64,000 nt of DNA, taken from contig JBILAR010000002.1 of the NCBI GenBank assembly GCA_044354115.1, positions 34,088 through 98,087 on the forward strand, in the 5' to 3' direction. Every line of letters starts with the position of its first letter. Within the stretch, counting starts at the first letter, position 1. The DNA comes from Pseudomonas sp. Lineage in GTDB: Bacteria > Pseudomonadota > Gammaproteobacteria > Pseudomonadales > Pseudomonadaceae. Positions 37,342-46,296 of the stretch are shown here, in pieces. Below the pieces are notes generated by a model. That model had not been told where the DNA came from and did no database searches. It saw nothing but the letters and a program-made list of their open reading frames with translations. The translations under genes and the position numbers were made by a program.

Positions 37342-38196
37342 ATGCCCAGCCAATGGCGCGACCTGCCCAAGCCACCGGCGCTGCCCGGCTTATTTATGCG
37401 CGCTGCCTTGCGCCGTGGTGTGCGCGGCAAACAACTGCCCACGTTCGGCCTGCGCTGCCTGATGAGTGTCGAGCCTGAGCATCTGGCGCGCTACCGCAAG
37501 GTTTGTGGGATTGCCGACAGCGCCTATTTACCGCCCCTTTACCCGCATATTTTGGCCTTCCCATTGCAGATGCAATTGCTCACCGATAAGGCTTTCCCGT
37601 TGCCATTACTGGGCTTGGTGCATATTGAGAACCGCATTCGGGTGCTGCGCCCGCTCGGCGGTTTGGGGCCGATCACCGTCAGCGTGCACTTGGACGAGTT
37701 GCAGCCGCACAGCAAGGGCGCGGTATTCAGCCTGATCACCCGCCTAGAAGACCAACTCGGGCTGCTCTGGGAAGGTGAAAGCCGCATGCTCTGCCAGGGT
37801 TTAAAACTGCCCGGCGTCGCGGCACACCAACCCGCAGCCTGCGCCATGCCGCTGCTGGAGGTTGCGCACTGGGACGCGCCCGCCAACACCGGGCGCCGTT
37901 ATGCGCGAGCTGCCGGCGACTACAACCCGATCCATTTGTTTGCCGCCACGGCTAAATTATTCGGTTTTCCCCGCGCCATCGCCCACGGCTTGTGGCACAA
38001 GGCCCGCGCCATGGAAGAGCTGGCCAAACACCTGCCCATCAGCGGTTATGAGCTGGCGGGGCGTTTTCAAAAGCCACTGCTGCTACCCGGCGCCGTCACC
38101 CTGCTGGCCAGCGCCCCCGCCGCCAACGGCCAACTGAGTTTGCAGGGCCGCGATGGTTGCGTGCATATGAGTGGCAGCTGGCAGGCCATTGCTTAG
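37342..38196 (+). CDS. MaoC-like (hot-dog fold) dehydratase
   Basis: YARAAGDYNPIHLF...FPRAIAHGLW hydratase motif; 284 aa double hot-dog length. Confidence 0.8.
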   Translation: MPSQWRDLPKPPALPGLFMRAALRRGVRGKQLPTFGLRCLMSVEPEHLARYRKVCGIADSAYLPPLYPHILAFPLQMQLLTDKAFPLPLLGLVHIENRIRVLRPLGGLGPITVSVHLDELQPHSKGAVFSLITRLEDQLGLLWEGESRMLCQGLKLPGVAAHQPAACAMPLLEVAHWDAPANTGRRYARAAGDYNPIHLFAATAKLFGFPRAIAHGLWHKARAMEELAKHLPISGYELAGRFQKPLLLPGAVTLLASAPAANGQLSLQGRDGCVHMSGSWQAIA

Positions 38197-38237
38197 GCTC
38201 TGTCCCAGTTATTTGATGTAGATGCGCACAGTCCTTT

Positions 38238-38260
38238 GTAGGAGCCAGCTTGCTGGCGAT
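38238..38260. repeat. single REP unit (family A)
   Basis: GTAGGAGCCAGCTTGCTGGCGAT, identical to the left arm at 43768-43790. Confidence 0.7.
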
Positions 38261-38492
38261 CGGCCCCCTGATGGCAGGCCTTACGGTACAAGCATCGCGA
38301 GACAGCAGCCGTTCCCTCCGGCTTGCTGCATTTCCCACGTCCATGCGGGTCACAAGCTCGCTACAGGTTTCGCGTTTTGACCATTAGCAACGGTCGCAAC
38401 ACGTAACTGGTACAGAACCATCGTTTAACCCACGGCAAAACTTGCAGCGCGACGCACAAGGCTTGAAGCTATGCGGCATTAAGGAGCGCCGC

Positions 38493-38798
38493 ATGAACCT
38501 CAGCGAACTGACCCAACGGCTACACGCGATCCGCGACCAGAATGACTGGCAGCGCTTTCATAACCCGAAAAACCTGGCCATGGCCGCCAGCGTCGAGATG
38601 GCCGAACTGGTCGAAATTTTCCAGTGGTTAGAACCCGCCGAGGCTCGCCAATTGTCCGCCGCACAGCGCGAACACGCGGGCCAAGAAGTGGCCGACATCC
38701 TCATGTACCTGACCTTGCTGTGCAGCGAGTTGGGCATCGACATGGAGCACGCGCTGGCGGCGAAACTGGCCGATAACGAACGGCGGTTCGCCCAATGA
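38493..38798 (+). CDS. MazG-like nucleotide pyrophosphohydrolase (101 aa)
   Basis: ATG 38493 is preceded by AAGGAG. FHNPKNLAMAASVEMAELVEIFQW...EVADILMYLTLLCSELGIDME is the MazG/dCTPase-type EEXXE..D helix pair. Confidence 0.8.
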   Translation: MNLSELTQRLHAIRDQNDWQRFHNPKNLAMAASVEMAELVEIFQWLEPAEARQLSAAQREHAGQEVADILMYLTLLCSELGIDMEHALAAKLADNERRFAQ

Positions 38799-39577
38799 GT
38801 GCGCCAGACGATCGACATTTCGACCAGCTAGCCACCCGCTTTGCCGAGAAGATTTACGGCGGGGCCAAGGGCGCGATTCGGCTCGCTGTATTACAGGCTG
38901 ACTTGCTCGAAGCGCTGCCCAAGCGCCCACTGCGGGTGCTGGATATTGGCGGTGGGCTGGGGCATATGTCGCTGTGGCTGGCAGAGCAAGGCCATCAGGT
39001 GACCTTCACTGAGCCCGCCGCGCCGATGCTGGCCGGAGCCCGTGAGCGCTTCGCGGCCGCCGGGCAGAGCGCGACTTTTATCCAAGCCTCGTGGCAGGAA
39101 CTCAGCGCGCAACTCCACGAGCCATTTGATCTGGTGCTCTGCCACGCGGTGCTGGAATGGCTAGCCGAGCCGCACAGCATTCTGCCCGTGTTGCGACAGC
39201 TAACGGCCGCCGATGGCTGGTTGTCGCTTGCCTTTTACAACAAGGACGCGCTGATTTACCGCAACCTGCTCAAGGGCCATTTCCGCAAGTTACGCGAGCA
39301 AAGTTTTGCCGGCGAAAAACAAAGCCTGACCCCGCAGCAACCCCTCGACCCGCGCGAGTTGGCCGAGCAACTTATCGGTCTGTGGACGGTCGAAAGCCAA
39401 AGCGGTGTGCGGGTGTTTCACGACTATATGCCGCACGAATTCCAAGTCAAAAGTGCCAGTCAAAACCTCGCGCAACTGATCGAGATGGAGCTGCTGTATC
39501 GACGTCATCCAAGCTTCGCTGGGCTCGGTCGTTACCTGCACTGGATCTGTCGCCCAGCACCTATGGAGCAGCCATGA
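38795..39577 (+). CDS. cmoM: SAM-dependent tRNA (cmo5U) methyltransferase
   Basis: [22 protein letters not shown]...[12 protein letters not shown]...[11 protein letters not shown]...GVRVFHDYM is collinear with E. coli CmoM/SmtA (from memory). Its ATG overlaps the mazG-like stop (ATGA). Confidence 0.8.
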   Translation: MSAPDDRHFDQLATRFAEKIYGGAKGAIRLAVLQADLLEALPKRPLRVLDIGGGLGHMSLWLAEQGHQVTFTEPAAPMLAGARERFAAAGQSATFIQASWQELSAQLHEPFDLVLCHAVLEWLAEPHSILPVLRQLTAADGWLSLAFYNKDALIYRNLLKGHFRKLREQSFAGEKQSLTPQQPLDPRELAEQLIGLWTVESQSGVRVFHDYMPHEFQVKSASQNLAQLIEMELLYRRHPSFAGLGRYLHWICRPAPMEQP

Positions 39578-40200
39578 AACTCGCCACGCTACTACTCGGC
39601 GCCAGCCTAAGCCTGCTGGCGGCCTGCCAAGGGCAGAGCCACAACCCTTACCAAGCGCAATCGCTGCCCATGCCCCCAGCCCCGGCGAGCGCGGCGCAGA
39701 CCTTCGACCGCAGCGGCTATCCGGCCGCCGCCCGCGACTACGGCCGCTATCGCAGCTGGGCCTGGTTAAACGGCCAATTACCCAGCGGTGCCGGTTGGGC
39801 GGACTCGGCACAAATTGCCGAAATGTTGCTCGACGGCCTCGACCAACAAGGCCTACGCCCCGCCCAGAGCGGGGCCAAGCCCGACTTACTGGTGAGCAGC
39901 CAAGTGCGCATGGAGCGCCGTCAGCTTCGCCATCACGGCCGTAGCAATGCTGCTTTTGTCGGTGCCTGGGACGGCAACCGCCGGTTCGACAACGCCTATG
40001 GCGTGGGCGGCAGCGCGCCCCTGCGACGCAATCACATACGCAACGTGCTGATGGTCGATGTGCAGTTATTCGAGGCCGCTAGCGGACAAATCGTCTGGAG
40101 TGGCAGCGCCGAGAACCTCAGCGCCGACAACCCCACAGAGCGCAACACGGTGCTGCGCCAAACCATCCAGCAAGTGCTGAGCAGCTATCCGCCGAAGTAA
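39574..40200 (+). CDS. lipoprotein (DUF4136-like)
   Basis: ATG 39574 within track ORF 39157..40200. Lipobox LSLLAAC-Q. The ATG overlaps the cmoM TGA. The family assignment is tentative. Confidence 0.6.
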   Translation: MKLATLLLGASLSLLAACQGQSHNPYQAQSLPMPPAPASAAQTFDRSGYPAAARDYGRYRSWAWLNGQLPSGAGWADSAQIAEMLLDGLDQQGLRPAQSGAKPDLLVSSQVRMERRQLRHHGRSNAAFVGAWDGNRRFDNAYGVGGSAPLRRNHIRNVLMVDVQLFEAASGQIVWSGSAENLSADNPTERNTVLRQTIQQVLSSYPPK

Positions 40201-40249
40201 CCCAGCCTAGTTAAAGGCTTTGTCCCCCGTTGAGTGCTGACGGTAAAAC

Positions 40250-40308
40250 GTAGGGTGGGCAAAGCCCACCAAGGGCTTTATCTCTCGGTGGGCTAAAGCC
40301 CACCCTAC
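40250..40308. repeat. REP inverted pair (family B)
   Basis: GTAGGGTGGGCAAAGCCCACC ... GGTGGGCTAAAGCCCACCCTAC. It lies between the convergent lipoprotein and amn genes. Confidence 0.8.
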
Positions 40309-40340
40309 AACAGAGCCATCCCTCATAAGTGCGAGATTGC

Positions 40341-41813
40341 CTAGCGAAACGGTGGCTCGTCGAAGCTGCGCAATTTGCGCGAGTGCAGGCTGTGCAGTTG
40401 GCTGCGCAATAATTCCAGCGCCGCTAGGCCGATCTGCAAATGTTGGCTGACCGCACGCTCGTAAAACGCCCCCGCAGCACCCGGCAGTTTGATTTCGCTG
40501 TGCAGCGGTTTGTCCGACACGCACAGCAGCGTGCCGTAAGGCACCCGCAGGCGATAACCTTGGGCGGCGATGGTGCCGCTTTCCATGTCCACCGCCACCG
40601 CCCGCGCCAAGTTAATCAAGGGACGTTCTTGCGCCCAGCGCAGCTCCCAGTTGCGGTCGTCGTAGGTTAATACGGTGCCGGTGCGCAGGCGTTTTTTCAG
40701 CGCCTCGCCGCGCTCGCCGGTCACGGTGGCGGCGGCCTCTTGCAGCGCTTGCTGCACCTCGGCCAAGGCCGGAATGGGGATATTGGTTGGCAGCACCCGG
40801 TCGAGAATCCCATCGCGGCGCATATAGGCGTGGGCCAGCACATAGTCGCCAATGGTCTGCGACTGGCGCAGGCCCCCGCAGTGACCAATCATCAGCCAGC
40901 AGTGCGGGCGCAGCACGGCCAAATGGTCGGTGATGTTCTTCGCATTCGAGGGGCCGACGCCGATGTTCACCAAGGTCACGCCATGGCCATCGGCAGCGAT
41001 CAGGTGATAGGCCGGCATCTGGTAACGGTGCCAGACCACACCATCGATAGTCGCCTGCATCTCTTCGCCGGTCATGCCGCGCTCGACCAGCACATTGCCG
41101 GGCAGCACCATGCGCACATAGCGCGGATCATCGCGCAGCAGTTGCACGCCATGCTGAATAAACTGGTCGACATAGCGGTGGTAGTTGGTCAGCAAAATCC
41201 ACGGCTGCACATGCCGCCAGTCGCTGCCGCTGTAGTGCTGCAAGCGCTTGAGAGAAAAATCCACCCTTGCCGCATCAAACAGCGCCAGCGGCATCGGGTC
41301 GGCGTCTTGCCAGTCGTATAAACCATCGGCCACCCCATCGGTGGCGGCGGACAAATCGGTGCTGGGAAACACCCGCGCCAACTCGGCCGCCGTCACCCCG
41401 GAGCCAGCCAACTCATCGCCTTGCTCGACCACATAGGGATAGGGAATGTTCTGCTCGCTTAAACCGACCTCGACCGTCAGGGTAAAGTCGGCCATCAGCG
41501 GCCCGAGTTGGTCGAGCAAATAGCCGCGAAACGCCTCCGGGTGGGTCACGGTCACGCTGTAGGTGCCGGGGGTTTGCACCTTGGCATAGGCGCGGGTGGT
41601 GCTCGGCACCTCGCCCGCGCAGTCATAGATCAGCCGCAGCAGCGGATAACGAAACTCGCGGTACTGCGCCGCCGTCGGCTTCTCGCGATTGTGCAGATAG
41701 CGCTTAAGCGCCTGACTCAGCGCCGTGCTGGCCTGACTGTGCAGCGCCGCCAACCGATCGACCGCCTCGGCCGCGCTATGCACCTGAACAAAATTACTGT
41801 CTGTAACCGTCAT
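40341..41813 (-). CDS. amn: AMP nucleosidase
   Basis: I moved the start to ATG 41813 (MTVTDSNF; AGGAGA upstream). YAKVQTPGTYSVTVTHPEAFRGYLLDQL, NIGVGPSNAKNITDHLAVLRP, and AVDMESG are typical of Amn. Confidence 0.9.
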   Translation of the reverse strand: MTVTDSNFVQVHSAAEAVDRLAALHSQASTALSQALKRYLHNREKPTAAQYREFRYPLLRLIYDCAGEVPSTTRAYAKVQTPGTYSVTVTHPEAFRGYLLDQLGPLMADFTLTVEVGLSEQNIPYPYVVEQGDELAGSGVTAAELARVFPSTDLSAATDGVADGLYDWQDADPMPLALFDAARVDFSLKRLQHYSGSDWRHVQPWILLTNYHRYVDQFIQHGVQLLRDDPRYVRMVLPGNVLVERGMTGEEMQATIDGVVWHRYQMPAYHLIAADGHGVTLVNIGVGPSNAKNITDHLAVLRPHCWLMIGHCGGLRQSQTIGDYVLAHAYMRRDGILDRVLPTNIPIPALAEVQQALQEAAATVTGERGEALKKRLRTGTVLTYDDRNWELRWAQERPLINLARAVAVDMESGTIAAQGYRLRVPYGTLLCVSDKPLHSEIKLPGAAGAFYERAVSQHLQIGLAALELLRSQLHSLHSRKLRSFDEPPFR

Positions 41814-41883
41814 ACCGCTATCTCCTGCCCACAATGCGCTTATCTTGCCTGCGCCTGTGTGACAGCGATAGCGCCGCACAGTT

Positions 41884-43533
41884 TCAGCGCAGTTGCGGGC
41901 TGCTGCGGGTCAGCAAAGCGACGGCGTCCACACCGCGTGGCAGGGTCCCATACACACGCCCGCCATTGCCCAAACGACTGGCGATAAAGCCATCGCTGAC
42001 CGCGCTGTTGCCGGCCTCCAGCAGCAACTTGGCCTGCAGGGCGACGGCCACGTCTTCGGTCAGTTGGCGGGCGCGATATTGGATGTCGTCTTTATCGGCG
42101 AAGGCGTTTTTTAACTGGCCGATGTGCGCTTGCAGGCGCGCGTCGCCGTGGCCGTCGCCCAGTTCGTTGAAGAGCACCTCAAGCACCCCCGGCTCTTTCG
42201 ACAAGGCGCGTAGCACATCCAGGCATTGCACGTTGCCCGAGCCTTCCCACGTCGAGTTGACCGGCGCTTCGCGGTACAGGCGCGGCAAGATGCTGTCTTC
42301 AACATAACCGGCGCCGCCTAAGCATTCGGCAGCCTCGTTAATCATCGCCGGGGCGCGCTTGCAGATCCAATACTTGCCCACGGCAGTCACCAATCGGGCG
42401 AACTTGACCTGCGCCTCGTCCTGTTGATTATCCAGCGCAAAACCCATACGCAGGGTTAGCGCCAATGCCGCTTCGCTTTCCAGGGCTAAGTCGGCCAGCA
42501 CGTTTTGCATCAAGGGTTGCTCGCTGAGTAAACGGCCGCAGACCTGACGATGGGCGCAGTGATGGGTGGCTTGGGTCAGGGCTTGGCGCATCAGGGCGCT
42601 GGAACCGATCATGCAATCGAAACGGGTTAGCGACACCATCTCGATAATGGTCGCCACGCCCCGGCCTTCCTCACCGACCATCCACGCCAGCGCGCCGCGA
42701 TACTCAACCTCGCTGGAGGCGTTGGCCCAGTTACCCAGTTTGTTTTTCAGGCGCTGGATATACAGCTCATTGCGCGTGCCGTCCGGCCGATGGCGGGGCA
42801 GCAAAAAGCAGCTCAAACCCTTGGGCGTTTGCGCTAGGGTTAAAAAAGCATCGCACATCGGCGCCGAGCAAAACCACTTATGCCCAACTAACTCGTAGGC
42901 CTGCCCCGGCCCCACAGCGCCAACCGGATGGGCTTGGGTGGTGTTGGCGCGCACGTCGGTGCCGCCCTGTTTTTCGGTCATGGCCATGCCGATGGTCAGC
43001 CCGCTTTTCTGCGCCACGGGCAGGTTGCGCGGGTCGTATTGAGTGGCGAGAATTTTCGGCAGCCAGAGTTCGGCGAGTTCAGGCTGCAGCTTAAGCACCG
43101 GCACGCTGGCGAAGGTCATGGTCAGCGGACAACCGCTGCCGGACTCGGCTTGGCTGTGTAAATAACTCAGGCCGGCGCGGGCCACGTGGGCGCCGGCACG
43201 CGGCTCGGTCCAGGGCAATGACGGGATGCCGTGCTCGATGGCCGCCTGCATCAGCTGATGATAGGCCGGGTGAAACTCGACCAGATCAATCCGCTGGCCA
43301 TGGCGGTTATGGCTGTGAAACTGCGGTTTGTGCTCATTAGCCAAAAAGCCGGCGGCCATCAGCGGCCCACCGGCCAAGGCACCATACGCCTGCAAACGCG
43401 GAGCGGCCCAAGCTGCCTGATAACGCGCCTGCCATTGCTGTAATGGCAGGTCGAGGTCATACAGATTGACGCCATCCAATGACGGCACCTGATTAAACAC
43501 TTCATGGGTTTCGGCGAACGAGTGCAGGTTCAT
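41884..43533 (-). CDS. AidB-like acyl-CoA dehydrogenase
   Basis: 549 aa. HPAYHQLM, MTEKQGGTDVRANTT, and ASSEVEY..A fit the AidB/ACAD10 type. Confidence 0.85.
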   Translation of the reverse strand: MNLHSFAETHEVFNQVPSLDGVNLYDLDLPLQQWQARYQAAWAAPRLQAYGALAGGPLMAAGFLANEHKPQFHSHNRHGQRIDLVEFHPAYHQLMQAAIEHGIPSLPWTEPRAGAHVARAGLSYLHSQAESGSGCPLTMTFASVPVLKLQPELAELWLPKILATQYDPRNLPVAQKSGLTIGMAMTEKQGGTDVRANTTQAHPVGAVGPGQAYELVGHKWFCSAPMCDAFLTLAQTPKGLSCFLLPRHRPDGTRNELYIQRLKNKLGNWANASSEVEYRGALAWMVGEEGRGVATIIEMVSLTRFDCMIGSSALMRQALTQATHHCAHRQVCGRLLSEQPLMQNVLADLALESEAALALTLRMGFALDNQQDEAQVKFARLVTAVGKYWICKRAPAMINEAAECLGGAGYVEDSILPRLYREAPVNSTWEGSGNVQCLDVLRALSKEPGVLEVLFNELGDGHGDARLQAHIGQLKNAFADKDDIQYRARQLTEDVAVALQAKLLLEAGNSAVSDGFIASRLGNGGRVYGTLPRGVDAVALLTRSSPQLR

Positions 43534-43767
43534 CAGGCGACCTCGGCAAGGGATTAAAGGCGGCGGAGAAATAATCGCCGCGTACTTCAGCCAGTGAAAC
43601 CGGATTGGCCGGCCACGGAAAGCGCCATATGCGCCTAAAGAGCTGCCTAAAGAGCCGCCGAAAAAAGCGACTGAATGCGGAGCTAAATACCCACCGCTGG
43701 ATTTATCCCGACGAAGCGGTTAAATGCGCCCCGCGAAGCCTTGGTCGCATCGAGCCGCGCAATCCTT

Positions 43768-43830
43768 GTAGGAGCCAGCTTGCTGGCGATCCGGGTTGTG
43801 CAAGAGCATCGCCAGCAAGCTGGCTCCTAC
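43768..43830. repeat. REP perfect inverted pair (family A)
   Basis: GTAGGAGCCAGCTTGCTGGCGAT (43768-43790) / ATCGCCAGCAAGCTGGCTCCTAC (43808-43830): 23-bp perfect arms. Confidence 0.85.
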
Positions 43831-43851
43831 GAGCGGCGCGCCACCCTACGG

Positions 43852-46296
43852 CTATTCGGGCGCGGCGGGCGACGCCGGGCGACAAAGCAGCCAGTGATGC
43901 AGGCAGTCTTGCACGGCTTCGAATTTCAGCGGTTTGCTCAGCACCTCGCTCATCCCAGCGGCGATACAGCGCTCACGTTCGGCCTGGGCATTCGGGCTAA
44001 TGGCTAACACCGGCAACTCGGCGCAACCGGGCAGCTTACGCAACGCCCTACAGATGGCAAAGGCATCGTCTTGTGCCATCTGGCAGTCGATCAGCAGCGC
44101 ATCAATGCTGCCTTGGCGCAGCAACTCCAGCGCGGCAGCACCATTTTCGACGCTGCGCACCTGATAGCCGAGCTTGAGCAACATCGCGCGCAGCAGCAGT
44201 TGCTCGATCAAGTGATTGTCCACCAACAGCACTCGGCACTCACCGCTGCTGCGCAGCGCCCGCTCGCTCGTGCGCGGGGCTTTGTCGGTGGCCGGAGCAC
44301 GGCCAGAGGCGGCTTGGCTGGACGGCAAATCCAGCGGCAGGCAAAGGCTAAACTGGCTGCCTTGCCCCGGTTGCGACTGATGACTCAGCTGGCCGCCGAG
44401 CAGTTCGATCAATTGTCGACAAATCGCCAAACCAATGCCCAACCCCCCGTGTTCACGGGTCAGCGAGCCGTCTAACTGCAAAAACTGTTGGTACAGTTTA
44501 GTGTCGCTAGGGCGGTCAAAACCGACCCCGGTATCGCGCACTTGAATCTGCAACTGCAGATTGTGCGCCGTGCTGTGTAACGCCTCTACGTGCACGCTGA
44601 CTTCGCCGGCAGCAGTAAATTTAACCGCGTTATCGAGCAGATAACCGAGGCACTGGCCCAGTTTATTGCCATCGCCGAGCAAGGTATCGGGCAGCCGATG
44701 ATCGAGTTCGAGGGTGAAACTCAAACCCTTGGCAGCGGCGCGCGCGGCAAACTGATGGCGCTGATGTTCGAGCAAGCCACGCAAACTAAAAGGCGCGTGC
44801 CCGGCATGCTGACGACCGGCCTGCAGTTCGGTCAGCATTAGCATGTCACTGACCATGTGCAACATGTCGCGGGCCGAGGCCGCGGCGATGCTTTGGTACT
44901 GCGCCAGTTCGGGGTCCATCTCAAGGGTTTGCATCAGCTCCAGCGAGCCAATCACGCCATTCATGGGAGTACGCAACTCGTGCGATACGGTTGCCAAAAA
45001 CTCATCTTTTAGTTGGTTACTGACGGCCAGTTGTTGGTTCAGCGCTTCAAGCTTGCGGCTGGACGCTTGCAGCAACTGGCCACGTTCCTCCTTCATCACG
45101 TTGATCCGATCGGCCAGCGCCAACGACAACAGGGTGACTTCCATGGCCGCGCCAATTTGGCTGGCGTACAGGGTGAAAAAATTACTCGGTAAATAGCCCA
45201 AGACCATCAAGGTGTAGACCAGCCCGCCGGATAAAAAGGTGCTCCACGCCAACAGGAAATAACGCGCGACCCGCAAGCCGCGTCGCCAGGCCCGAATACC
45301 GGCGGTGAAACACAAGAGCACAAAGGGCACTGCCACGTAGGGCGCAAGTTTCAGCGGCAGCGAGTAACCGACGGTAAGAGTCAGAACGATCAAGCCCAAA
45401 CCACAAAGCATCATCAAGCGCAGGCTAAGGTCCAACCCGCGACTCCAGGTGGACATATTCAGAAAGCTGCGCACAAATTGCGCGCCAAACAGCGCCGTTG
45501 CGCCAATCAAAAAGGGCGGTGCGGCGTTGGCAATCTCAGGGTTATCCGGCCACAGGTACTGCGCACCAACACCGTTGGCGGTGGCCTGATAGAGGCCTAT
45601 AGAGGCAATATAAAAGATGTAATACAGGTAACTGGCGTCGCGCACACTGAGGTACACGAACAAGTTGTACAGCAGCATTACCAGCATTACGCCGTAGATA
45701 ATGCCGAGCAAATAGGTGTGCGCGGTAAGGTCTTCGAGGTAGGCGGTGGGCGCCCACAAACTTAACGGCGCTTGCACTGAGCCTGCGCTGGCCACGCGCA
45801 GATAGACCCGCTGGGTCTGTCCAGGTTGCAACTCAAGGGCAAACAAAAAACCGCTCTGCTTGATTTGCCGATGACTAAAAGGCCACGCATCGCCACTGCT
45901 GCTGGCCAGCTGAAAACCGCCCAGGGCGTCGGGCAGATACAAATCGACATGATCGAGCGGTGGATAGGCTAAATCCAACAGCCAGACTTTCTGTCCGCGC
46001 GCCTCGCGTGGTTGATAGGTTAAATCAACCCGCAACCAGTAAGCCGAACGGGTGTAACCGGCATTCAGCACCGCGTCGCTTTGCCGGCGAAAACTGGCAT
46101 CCAGCGCCGCCGAGCTGACATCGGCAATGCTCGCGCTGCCACGAATGTCCTCAAAAAACTCCAACTCAGGGCCTAACGGCAGTTGCCTGCGGTGCTCATC
46201 AAAACTCACCGCCGTGGCCAGCAACGGGACGCTGCTCAACACCAGCAATAGCAAGCAAGCGCTCAGTCGGCGCAGCCGCCGCGCAGGCCAAATCAT
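43852..46296 (-). CDS. LadS-like hybrid sensor kinase, downstream paralogue (7TMR-DISMED2 + 7TM + HisKA + HATPase + REC)
   Basis: Signal peptide, a periplasmic domain, about 7 TM segments, H-box ATVSHELRTPMNG, N/G boxes (YLLDNAVKFT, GGLGIGLAICRQL), and a REC domain (LLIDCQM). ATG 46296 forms an ATGA overlap with the upstream kinase stop; the track gives GTG 46311. Confidence 0.85.
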   Translation of the reverse strand: MIWPARRLRRLSACLLLLVLSSVPLLATAVSFDEHRRQLPLGPELEFFEDIRGSASIADVSSAALDASFRRQSDAVLNAGYTRSAYWLRVDLTYQPREARGQKVWLLDLAYPPLDHVDLYLPDALGGFQLASSSGDAWPFSHRQIKQSGFLFALELQPGQTQRVYLRVASAGSVQAPLSLWAPTAYLEDLTAHTYLLGIIYGVMLVMLLYNLFVYLSVRDASYLYYIFYIASIGLYQATANGVGAQYLWPDNPEIANAAPPFLIGATALFGAQFVRSFLNMSTWSRGLDLSLRLMMLCGLGLIVLTLTVGYSLPLKLAPYVAVPFVLLCFTAGIRAWRRGLRVARYFLLAWSTFLSGGLVYTLMVLGYLPSNFFTLYASQIGAAMEVTLLSLALADRINVMKEERGQLLQASSRKLEALNQQLAVSNQLKDEFLATVSHELRTPMNGVIGSLELMQTLEMDPELAQYQSIAAASARDMLHMVSDMLMLTELQAGRQHAGHAPFSLRGLLEHQRHQFAARAAAKGLSFTLELDHRLPDTLLGDGNKLGQCLGYLLDNAVKFTAAGEVSVHVEALHSTAHNLQLQIQVRDTGVGFDRPSDTKLYQQFLQLDGSLTREHGGLGIGLAICRQLIELLGGQLSHQSQPGQGSQFSLCLPLDLPSSQAASGRAPATDKAPRTSERALRSSGECRVLLVDNHLIEQLLLRAMLLKLGYQVRSVENGAAALELLRQGSIDALLIDCQMAQDDAFAICRALRKLPGCAELPVLAISPNAQAERERCIAAGMSEVLSKPLKFEAVQDCLHHWLLCRPASPAAPE

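Noticed and set aside
39157-39573. N-terminal 139-codon extension of the ORF ending at 40200
   Set aside because: The extension overlaps cmoM in another frame and is Arg/Ala-rich. A clean lipoprotein signal peptide starts at ATG 39574, with an ATGA overlap to cmoM.
43637-43668. Tandem 12-mer GCCTAAAGAGCT GCCTAAAGAGCC
   Set aside because: There are only two imperfect copies with no further periodicity. This is not a CRISPR or VNTR-like array.
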